A stretch of DNA of 64,000 nt from Torpedo marmorata (Eukaryota). The translations under genes were made by a program, and so were the position numbers. Shown piece by piece: positions 12,611 through 23,220 of the stretch. Numbering within the stretch: position 1 is the stretch's first letter; the number at the start of each line of letters is the position of its first letter. The notes beneath the pieces were generated by a model. That model saw only the letters and a program-made list of their open reading frames with translations. It searched no databases and was not told the DNA's origin. The stretch lies in NCBI GenBank assembly GCA_977017645.1, contig OZ360249.1, positions 10,540,001-10,604,000 on the forward strand, read 5' to 3'.

Positions 12611-13890
12611 CAGAGCACAACCTTTGAACTCAGCTACATCACCAGCTTCCTGTACTTCCTAACTACACTATGCAATGCAGTATGTCTGTCTAGTTATGCA
12701 GCGTAAAGCAGAGCCATTTTGTCTCTCTGAAGTTGACTGCAGCTGACTAAAAGCATTCAAAAAGACAGCTATACTATCCTTTTAAACCACTCATCCCTGC
12801 CTTCAACTTTCTCATAATAATCAAATGCATGCACATAAGATTCCAGCTAACCATACAGGTTAATTTATTGGTAGAAAACTAGCAGAAACCCCTTAAAGAA
12901 ATGTTAAAAACATGTTCTTGATAAGTGATTTCTACCTTCATAAAATGGCTGCCAAATAGACTGACAAGATCCCAATGCAAACACATGAAAGCAATAACTA
13001 TTTTGGAACAAAGAACACCAATCCCTAACCATAGACTACCCAAACAAATTGTATTTCCATACTGATAATAAATAACCAATTGTACAATACTCTTAACACT
13101 TATATTTAAACAAGTTTCCCTGAAACAACGTTCTCTTACACAACAGAAATTAAACATTCTATTATTGCTCCATAGACGCTCTTTCTATACACTACCAAAT
13201 GGAAGAAAGTTTGATTTCCATTTACAACTGGAATCTATGCAAGGAAAGCTGGCATTTATTTTAATAAATATTTTATTCCTGCCCACAATTGTACATCATT
13301 CAGTTTTAATTCTCAACCAATTTTATGGCAGTTTTTTTTCCCCCAGCAGATCCTTATTATTAAATGGTTTGACTGCAAAAACATACTGGGCATCATGCTT
13401 CATCTTCAATTCCAAAGCACCTAGAATCCTATTCAAATCGAACTTTTAACTATATTGCTCATGCATCCAACCTCAATGAATCCATATATAAGAGTCTCAA
13501 TATTTCAAAGCCTTCCAAACAATGCAGCAGCACAGCTTACAAAAAGCATGCAACCACTGGTTACTGGTGAGGATAAAATAGAACTTGGGAATTGTCAAAC
13601 CATGCAACAAATGAAATCTGAAATGCCACATTATATAATTCATAAAATATTAACATTGCAACTCAAGTACAACGCATGACCAAATCTCATACAATTCCAC
13701 AAATTCAATAATCCAGATGGTGATAAAAGTTTTTGCCACAAAGCAAACTTGATAAATTTATGGAGGTATTAAAACTGCTTCTGAGGCAAGTTGCACACTT
13801 TGAAAACATCAATGGTCAATAAAATTCCAGAGTCAGAGGAACAGCTAGGTCTAAAATCTCCAATTATTTCATCAACATCGTCATTTGTAC

Positions 13891-14037
13891 CTGACCCCTG
13901 AGAATTTGGGAAAGGATGCAGGGATCTGGGGTAGCCGAGGGCCAACATTTAAAACCCTCTGGTCCACTGCAGTGATGTTATGTTGCAGAAATGACACCTC
14001 ACTAACTACAAGAGCTTGTTGGAGGTTCTGTCTGCAA
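13891..14037 (-). CDS. candidate 147-nt symmetric exon of unidentified gene (CRQNLQQALVVSEVSFLQHNITAVDQRVLNVGPRLPQIPASFPKFSGV)
   Basis: ttttgttttccag acceptor, CAG|gtacaa donor, open in the phase-2 frame left by exon 17869-18137. Confidence 0.4.
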
Positions 14038-14582
14038 CTGGAAAACAAAAACTCCAAGTATTGTACATGGAAGAGAGGTTATTTTTCTTTGACTGACCCA
14101 GCACAACTAGCCAGTGAGCACAAATGAAGTTCCTTTCTGTTGGACAATATGCAAATTTGATCATTTTCACAGATAAATTCCAATCCTCTTGTTAGGCAAT
14201 TTAGAAATCAGCATAATTCAGCAACGTGGCTGGTTCCATTTTTTTGTGCATTCAAACATCTTATCAATTAAAGGAAAATTTTACCTTTAACAATTATGGA
14301 AATTCATGGTAAATCTACCAGCAACTTTCAACATGCAAGCAGTCTTTACACCTTGTGCTCCTCTCAAATGTCATGATGGAAACAGCTTCCTTTAGTGCAT
14401 TTTTCACAAGGAAAATGGCATGGTGTAAAGGTGATTGAAAATTATTCGACTTACCACATATTGAGGAATGAATAGCCTTCACATTAAGTATTCTACAGAC
14501 AGTGAAAGTGGGTTGGTTATGAGGACTTTTTAGATTTTAGACAGACAGCACAGACGGTAAACGTCCCTTTCAGCCCACGAGC

Positions 14583-15393
14583 AATGGCGGCGCTGCCGGA
14601 GTCGCTGTAGCGGCAGCGCTGCCACTGGTGCGGACCCGCAGGGAGCGGCGATACAGCGCTCCCGCGGGGTCCAGCCGCCCAGTCGACTGCCGTCGGTTCT
14701 ACACGGGTGTTAAAGGAGCCAACGGTGGTTTTATTTGAGATCCCGCAACCACGGGGTCTGCGCCCAAGATGCAGCGCCTTTTAACCGGCAGCAGCCACGA
14801 GGGGCTGCAGATTCCAGGGAAGCGGAGGACTAGAGCAGGGCACCAGAGGATGGGAAGATCACCCCCCCGTCTGAGAAGGAGAAGCGGAGGAGACGACCCA
14901 CGGGACGGTGAACACGGCAGCTGACCGGTGAAGGGGCTCTGAGGCTGAAGTACCAGTGCATGCGGCGGGCTGCTGGCGACTCGAGGCGAGGAACCCGCGG
15001 AGGCTGTGGGCTGCTGGAGACTGCTGTCGGGGGATTCACGCCGGGATGCGGACTGCTGGAGGATGGCTCGAACTGGCTGGAGGAGTACCAGGTATCAGAA
15101 CCGGGATGCGAGGGCGACCTGACCGTGTCGGAGGTTCGGATCTGGAGCTCGGGTCGCCGATGGTTTGTTTGGACTGGACTCTGTGTGGCTGCGGAAGCGC
15201 TGGAGGCAAATCTATGGACACTCGGTGACTCTGGGGGGACTCTCTTTTGCTTCTCTTTCTCTGACTATAAGGAATGTTAGAGGCGCTTAGGCAATTTCTG
15301 CCGGTGGCGAATCTGTCTGCCTTGCAGCAGGCAAAAGGAAATTTCATGGAATATGACACTGTTTTATTACTATGACAATAAATTGAATCTTGA
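14583..15393 (+). mobile_element. GC-rich ~800-bp non-autonomous retroelement, copy 2 (inserted in a SINE)
   Basis: splits a minus-strand SINE (14531-14582 / 15394-15575). Confidence 0.8.
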
Positions 15394-17868
15394 GCCCGTG
15401 CCGCCCAATTACACCCAATTGACCTACAACTCCTGGTATGTTTTTGAGGGTGGGAAGAAACCGGAGCCCCCGGGGAAAATCCACGCAGACACGGGGAGAA
15501 CATACAAACTCCTTAGACACCACGAGATTCGAACCCTGGTCCCGATCTGTAACAGCATTGTGCTAACCGTGCCGCGGTTAGCATAGCAGATATTCTGAAT
15601 AATAATGATACCCTGAACAATGACTCTTTGCAACAAGTCACCTGTCCTAATTAGACTAAAGATAGTGAAACACAACTTTCTTTAACCCAAAGCAGCAGCA
15701 GGCAGCAAACATTTTAAGGTGATGTAATGATGACACCAGAACCCAAGGTAAGTAGGGTAATTTTATTTATACTTTTTTTAAAACAAGCATCATCTCAACG
15801 AATGATCATGATTGCACCTGTTTGGAGTGGTGGAACACAGGAAACGTGACTATTGGTGGTGGTCAGTTTTGGAATACCAGCAATTTTGCCCAATCGGAAT
15901 GAATAGATGCTCCCATTCCAAACACAAGTCCACCATGGACAATGATCTTCCCTTCTCTGAGGTGGAAGTGGCACAACTGAAAGGAACCAGCGTTTTCTCG
16001 CAGTTGATCATACATTTCAAATATACCCTGACGAAAACCTTGGAGAACGCAATCATCCAGATGGATGGATGGCCTTTTTCACGCAAATGACACACAAATT
16101 TCAATATTGCTGGTAGTTTGTTTTAAATAGATCATGTCAACTCAAAGGTTTTTCTTTCCATCCAAAAAGCTGACCCTACCAACTCAGAAGCAGAGATGAC
16201 AAAGATGGTTCAATGTTTCAAGTCAGTGGACATCCATAAATCCACAAATGGAATTACATTAAACCCCGTGTCAATTGGGGAGTGAGGGGCAATTCTGTAA
16301 AGTTACGATGAGGACCTTGTCAGTGTGCTGAGTAGGTCCAGAGTGAAAGCTGTCCTACTGGAGGTCCAAAGGGCAAGCTTCACATGGCAGCAATGCAAAA
16401 TTAAACCTCAGGCAAGCACCCAAGGGAATCCACCAAAAGTTACACTCAAAAATTTCCATGGTGGACATGCCTCACTAAAATAAACACGTATTCATATTTA
16501 AATGAAAAACACAAAGTTCAGGTTATTATACATTTCTTAATGTAAATTACTAAACAGTTGTCCAAGTCTACCCTTTTGTAAATTATCTGCAATCTCAATT
16601 AATATGCCTTGAATGGTATATGTGGATGACAGGTGGGAAAATCTTCAATGATTCCATTAAAAACAGTAAATAATAAATGTTGATTTCAAACATCATTTAA
16701 AGCATGTTTAAATTTAAAATATCACATCAAAACTCAATGCAATTCAAATATTGTTAATTTATAGCTATGGTAACTGCCAGATAATTAATTTTATTTTAAA
16801 GATACAAATTTACAGCAAATATTCTGTATCCAGGTTACCATCTTTCCTATTAAAAGTACCACCTGTAGCCAGGTGTCTGGTAGGCAACAATATTCATGGA
16901 CCTGTTAAAAGTTCAACAATTAATGAAAGTTTCAGGATCTTTCAAAGCAAAGCTTCAATTTCTTTGAGAAATCTTTATTTTTGCAGTATAAGTGCATCTT
17001 CTACCCACTGTCTTGAAAGAAAACATATACCTATACATAAAGGACGGTGGGTGTCAAATGTTGCAAAGTAATTAAAATAATTATAAAACTAAGTTTTTAA
17101 AGGCATATTTAAGACAGTAAAATCTTTTCCATAAAGACAAAAGCATTTTAGTGGTACAGAACATGGATGTATAGTAGAAGGAGCCCAAGCATATTGAATG
17201 TACCTTATTATTTCAATACAGGAGATAGAGATACGAGCATGGTAAACTTTTCACCAAATTGTGATAAAAATTTACAAAATACCCCAAGTCATAAAGTGAA
17301 ATGGTGTGGTGGGGGTGAAAATATAGACCAAGCAGCAACTTTCCAACAGGCACTTCTTAATTTATCTATAAATATGAATTTTTTTTCATTCATGCAACTT
17401 TTTGTAGTATATTATTTACTACAATTTACTTCTATGGGTTTACTATGGACACCAAATCCTCAAATTCTCCAACCCGTCTGCATTGTCAGTAAAATGGTGC
17501 ATTGCAGTAACAGCAACCACAAGGTCATCTTACAGCAACATTAACGGAAAGAATATATTCTTTGTATTAATATAAAATAAACGATAAAGAAGGATCGACG
17601 GCCTTGCAATGTATTTCCATTGCTTAATATAGGCCCAAATGGCATATCATAAGTTGGGGAAACTGCGATCAAAAAAACAGGGTGGGGCTTTTAGGAATCT
17701 CAAGGTCATCGATTAAACATTTGGTCGAAAAGGGAAAAATTTGCTTGGTATATCGAGGGGGACAAGCATCGATTGCAAGGTAAACAATGTAGAAACCCCC
17801 AAAATAACAGGACACAGAAAGCTCGAGAGAGAGAGAGAGAGAGGGGGAGGCATACACTGAGCTCGTAC

Positions 17869-18137
17869 CTGGAAGCATTGCTGTGATCTGAGCCGTCGTC
17901 TTCTGGGTTCTTGCCCTGGCTGGACATGGTGGTGGGGCAAGGCAAGTTTGGGGGCTCGGTTTTGTTCTGGGCTACACGTGGATGGGGATTGAGGGAACGC
18001 AGCTCCGCACTGTCAAACTCGCAGCGAGCGAGCAAGTCCACCGGAATCAGCAGCTGCCCGCTGGTCGACTTGCAAAGCCCTGACGCAGCAGCGACATTGT
18101 TTAAGCACTCAACACCATTGTCGCACTCCGACAATCT
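17869..18137 (-). CDS. coding exon of unidentified gene (RLSECDNGVECLNN...TTMSSQGKNPEDDGSDHSNAS)
   Basis: ctgtttttgtgtag acceptor, CCAG|gtacga donor, 269 nt open frame (ORF 17706-18134), GC/CpG-rich, phase 0 to 2; internal Kozak-like ACCACCATG. Confidence 0.65.
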
Positions 18138-18363
18138 CTACACAAAAACAGCCCGGTCAAAAATAAAGAAAAACAACACACGAACAGGTACATTTCTTTC
18201 AAAGCAATGCTATGAAACTGACATGCCCGAAACTTAACGCGTGAAATACAAAGTCTCCCAAAATCTAGACAGTGAATTTTAACTACGCAATCACAGCTCA
18301 ACCAAATTTACATTACATATTTTTTAAAATTAATATATTTTTTATTAATTACTGTAAACATAC

Positions 18364-18372
18364 CTGTTCCAT
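18364..18372 (-). CDS. candidate first coding exon B of unidentified gene (MEQ)
   Basis: ATG GAA CAG|gtatgt donor, phase 0, at the end of a CpG-rich 5'UTR-like stretch (18364-18950). Confidence 0.55.
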
Positions 18373-19215
18373 GTATGGCTGAGGATTCAAGCTAGTTTCC
18401 GCACCGTCGACTAAACTTAGCTAAATCGAAACCGATTCCTTCTCTCTCAAAAGCTCCAAAAAGTCTAAGAGTTGGAAAAAATCATGCCTTGTTCCTTTTG
18501 CTTTCGACCCCGGCTTTTAAAAATATAGGCACAAAAAATAAAAGCGCACAAAGTCGCTCAAAAATGGAGGTGCGCCATGTCTGCAAAGCTCAAAAACAAC
18601 GACATCTGCTTGCCGGAAAAAGGGAAAAAAATTACAAACACACACAGCCAAAAGAAAAATGAGGATAATTAAAAAAAACACAGGGGTATTGGGGTTTCTG
18701 TGCAGCCCCAGGGCTGGAGTGACTCTTGGCTGGGAGTTTTTGCACAGAGAGGAAGCGCGGCTTGGTTTACCGTGGTGGAAGTTGGTGAAAAGTTGCATTA
18801 GGTGTGCTGGAAGTGCAGTGAATCTCACCCAACCACCGCCGCCATAGAGCTTCTTCTCAAGCGCCCAGGCTCCCTTTGATTGACAGCAACGACGCTGCGA
18901 AATAATTGCAACATTTTTTCCTCCCTCCCTCCCCGGACTCAGGTGCTGGACCAAGGCTTCAGACCCACCCCCTTTACCCCACAACACAAGCACTCATGCC
19001 CACTGAGGGTATGTATGCATGCATGCATGCCTTTGGACCCTTTCTCAACCATGGGGACCCCTTCCTCTCACCCCCACCCAACCTTGCTACTTGGGGCTCT
19101 CCAAATCTCTTTTTTTTGTCCTCCCTCCCCCTCCCCCCTCTCTGTTCTTTCAACAATTAAATTACATCCATAATCAGAAAAAAATAGTTCCTCTCGTGGC
19201 CGGAAATGGACTTAC

Positions 19216-19233
19216 AAGGATTGTTTTCTTCAT
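19216..19233 (-). CDS. candidate first coding exon A of unidentified gene (MKKTIL)
   Basis: ATG AAG AAA ACA ATC CTT|gtaagt perfect donor, phase 0, just downstream of the promoter motif cluster. Confidence 0.45.
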
Positions 19234-19249
19234 GAAGATAATATGGAGG

Positions 19250-19345
19250 GGGGAAAAGGAATTTAAACATGGTGGGAGGGAGCAGCTTCTATTTAACTCG
19301 TGATCAAGTCACATGGCGCCCCCTGTTCTTAAAGGATTGGCTGGT
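19250..19345 (-). promoter_or_regulatory. promoter of unidentified gene: TATA/MEF2-like, E-box variant, CTCF-like and CCAAT motifs
   Basis: CTATTTAA 19289-19296, GTCACATG 19308-19315, TGGCGCCCCCTG from 19314, ATTGG 19336-19340. Confidence 0.5.
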
Positions 19346-19388
19346 ACTTTAAATCAATGGCAAAGTCGTCCATGTTTTTCCATTATGT

Positions 19389-20520
19389 CTACTCTAGAAA
19401 TAACTTAGTATTTATTTGTATTCTGATTTCTTTATGCAGCTTCTTCAAGGGGTACTTTTTTCTATTCTCCTCGCCAAAAACGCTGATGAATATTTTTCGT
19501 TTTCCAAAAGTTTTGTAATTCCCTCGAATTTGGGCATAATTGCAGGAAAGGATAAGGAGACTTGAAGCAAATGATTCCAATTGATTGTCCATGATTTAAC
19601 AATCATCAACCTCCCAGTAGAGGACCACTGGGCGGGAGTGTCAAAATAATCTTCATCTTCCATGGTCACATATTTGAAGATAACAGATCGAGTTTCTCAT
19701 GCATGGCATGTTGGTTCCACTCATGGCATTGCCTTTTTACGATGCTAATTGTCCTGTTGGCATAAAGCAGTTTCTCATGTCAGCTGAAGGAACACCTCAT
19801 GTCTGGTACATCCTGAAGAGCTGGTCGAACCAGTCGGTCATATTCAGACCATTCTCCTCCCAATTACATGGCAGATGGACACCAAGCATGGTCAACGAGA
19901 ACACACATGTCCAAGAGAAAAGGGACAAAATGAAAGCCAATCACGGGCACCATTGATGTCTCAAAAAAAATGTTTCCCTATGCAGATCTCAGTTTGGATT
20001 TCTCAAATTTTGTCCATTCTTCCAATGTTGGCCAGCTTCTCATTACATAGAATTTGATAGCACACCAAAGTTTCCGCTGATTCTTTGTCTTCCCAATATT
20101 CAAAGATCAAGTTGATATTTTGGTAGTGATCAAAGAGGGAAGACCATTCACTTCATTAATTCCGTGGAGTTTCCTCGTCAAGCTCATCACGTTCACAGAA
20201 ACTGCTTTCCACAATGAGTCTTCTGTCAAAGCACAACTGAATATTCCAAAAAACTTCTACTTTTCACCTGGACAATCCTTCATGAGCAAAAGGTAAAAAG
20301 CAACAAATTTCCAATGTCTTGAATGCTACCCAATTATAAATCTTTCCAAAAAAAAAAAGCTGTTCCAATGATTGAGGAACATTGATTGGCAACTTCCAAA
20401 TTGATTATGGCCAAATTCAAGAGCACCAAGTCATGTTGCAACAAGCGACAAGTATTTTCCAAAATATCATAATGAAGTAACAACAATTGGCAACATTCTT
20501 TGCAATTTAGAACACATATA
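19389..20520 (-). pseudogene. possible highly degraded hAT-like transposase remnant
   Basis: Interrupted minus-strand translation gives pieces resembling hAT motifs in the right order (LSLVAT*LG, EDSLWKAV, YWEV...FASSLLILSCNYAQIRGNYKTFG); many stops and frameshifts. Confidence 0.3.
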
Positions 20521-22746
20521 GTATATGAATGTACAAAACATCATTTGCATAAATCCTGAAGGACCGAATGGATACAATATTTTCATTTTCTCCTCATTCC
20601 AACACATACATTGTCACTTAAGGTTTGATGCATCTCAAATTCAAATAATTAATATTCTCCATGACAAAAAAAATGTAAAATCCAACTTGAGTTGGTAAAG
20701 TCCAGCAGAAAACCAAAATGACAAAGCACACATCTTCATCAAAAACCAAGGTTGTTACATCAAACACAATCCATTTATAAACCATTCTCACCCATATCCA
20801 TTGAAAACCATTATTCCGATAACATTGCTTTGACCTTAGCAGGATTCAGTAGCATAATATTCCAACAAATTACATTATCAAATTTTTGCCACATTATGTA
20901 CTTCATTGGTCAAACAATTCGAATGGCCGAAAGTTGTGAAACAGAGTAGAAGTTTCAGGTATTTTCAGGTATTCATGCTCAGTTTTTTATTCATTCTATC
21001 TATGCCTTCCACATGATACTCATTGCATTCCCTTCCAGGAAATAAACTTTAACCTGCTCTATCAGTCCCAAATTTGTTTCACAATGTAAGCCCCTGCACT
21101 ATCAGTAATAAACCATTCTCAAAACACGACCAAAGAAATAGAAGAGTAAACCATTGACCCCCTGATGCCTACTCTACTATTCAATAATTCCACGATTGAA
21201 TTTTACCTCCAGACCCCTTTCCTCACTAAACCCTATATCACTTTATCCTTCTATCTAAAAACTCTCGAGCTGCCTTCAATATACTTAGAAAACGAGACTC
21301 CACAGCCCTCATGGTAGTGAATTCCAAAATTTAACCCATTTTCTATTTCATACAAGGCAAATGGTTTCCTGTTTTGAACACGGTCTGTCGCTTAGGCTCT
21401 TGTTAAAAACTGGAATGGCAAGCAGCTGAATTCAGATAATACTCATTCCATATCAACTTAGTTAACACTGAAACCTCCAAACTTATTTCAAGGTAATAAT
21501 GCTTAATTCTCTTGAATCTAACAAAACTGGAGGTACCTGTACTCGAACTGTACAAGTTGAGTTCTTTGAAATAGTAGAGTACAAATTCCTGAAGGTTAAA
21601 ACAATTTAATAAAATCTCCACCTGGAGATACAGAGCATTATGACACTATGGGTCTTAGCAATCTGAAAGTGTTTAAAGTTTCATTAAATGGTGTCTCAAT
21701 TTACTCCTCAAACTAACATCTTTTTAATAAATACAAAAGCAAATGCATAATAGATAATGAGGCACGGTTGCCTCCAAATAGATTCCCAAATCAGTTCTAG
21801 AGTAAGAAGGCATACAAAACGTTATTCAGGTTCTCTCTTTCAAATCTGTTCCCCAATCCAAAGATATTAATTCACATACAGTATTCATATCACCATGGGG
21901 CAAACAATGCAATAGCACTTTATTGTGCAAGAGTCAAACACTCCACTCTAAAAACAGACAATATGCTCAAAAATGTACACATATATGCATAAAAATTAAG
22001 ACTTGAGGCAACTTGCCAACTCCAATTTGAAATGAATCAAACCATCTTCCCTTTCAATCAACACACCCATACTCTCAAGTGGAAGTTAAGCAGAATAGTT
22101 GTGAAAAATTCACGGCACCTTTCCAATTCCACACGTGAGATTTTTAGATTTGGGTAAAATGAATATTTGTTCACATTTTGTGTCCACCATTTGCCAGCAC
22201 ATGTGCTAAACCTAAATAAAAACATGAATTGATCTGATGTTAACAACTGAAAACTGACATAGCACCTTCAAAGACAAAAGAGAAGACCACCAAAAACAGT
22301 CAGGATGTCAGGTTGTTTAGTCAGATTGAACCAATTAATTTTAATTTTTGTCTACAAGGATTTCCAAAATTGTATTTCAATAGTAGTATTCACAAAGATA
22401 CAGACCTATCTTCACAAAAGTAATTTCTCTGTTACAGCCTCACTACCAACCATGTGTTTTAGAGGGTGAAGAGTAAAGAGCAGGAAGTAACCAAGTTACT
22501 ACAACACAGTAAATGGTCATCTAAGTTTGTAATTAGGCAAAATAACTGAAACTAAGTTATTTGTTATTGTGGATGCTTTCAAATAGTTCTACCCAAGTAG
22601 AGATAGAAACTTTCTCATTCTTATTTACTGGCTGAAGATGTAATCCAATGTATTTTTCTGCACCAGCGCCCTACATGACAATATGGGAAACAATTTAGTG
22701 CAATAAGAACAAAATACACAACCAATTAATGGTGAAATAGAACTGG

Positions 22747-22752
22747 TTTATT
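22747..22752 (-). terminator. candidate CTC1 polyadenylation signal AATAAA (another at 21919-21924)
   Basis: tttatt on + strand about 330 nt after the stop codon. Confidence 0.35.
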
Positions 22753-23083
22753 TTCAAACTAATATTCTACACATAAATATTGTTAAAATGAATGATAATA
22801 AAGAAAATATCCATCTTTTGCAGTCTAAAATACTGCATATTTGATTTCATGGAGCTATTGTTGATTACACATTGCTTTGTTGCAGTATATTAGAAACCAG
22901 TCAATTTAAATGAGAACAAAGGTGTTTTCTCCCCTCAGTGGCCTGCGGCGTATCAATGATTTCACAGTTTGCAACACTTTGTAAACATCGACAATCACTT
23001 CTTATTCAATTCATGCGTGGGATTATTTCTTGGTCTACAGCGGCACAAGTCATTGCACTCCAACAACCATGCTATTGGTTCAG

Positions 23084-23220
23084 TCATAGTCCTTTCCCAA
23101 ATGGACAAGCATTCGATAGTCCAACTTCCTTTATGTCCAAACAAGTCAAAGACAAGGTAGGTGCCATCTTGGTGCTATACTGGTGATCTTCACATTTCAA
23201 TATCCTCATTTGAAAGGTTT
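23084..23220 (-). CDS. CTC1: CTC1 last coding exon (ETFQMRILKCEDHQYSTKMAPTLSLTCLDIKEVGLSNACPFGKGL*)
   Basis: tttctctttcttaaaaag acceptor, phase 1, TGA at 23084-23086; resembles the recalled CTC1 C-terminus (LRLSCLSIRE). Confidence 0.85.

Noticed and set aside
15812-16104. Possible exon or ORF in unique sequence
   Set aside because: Weak donor (gtgcaa), and the ATG frames I checked stop before it; it may be regulatory but is unsupported.
17869-18137. Naming the second gene from human synteny (AURKB, VAMP2, PER1, TMEM107)
   Set aside because: The peptide does not match my recollection of any of them, so the symbol is left empty.
18517-18993. 158-aa minus-strand ORF with a hydrophobic stretch
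   Set aside because: Non-ATG start, and the hydrophobicity comes from T-rich UTR-like sequence upstream of the MEQ exon.
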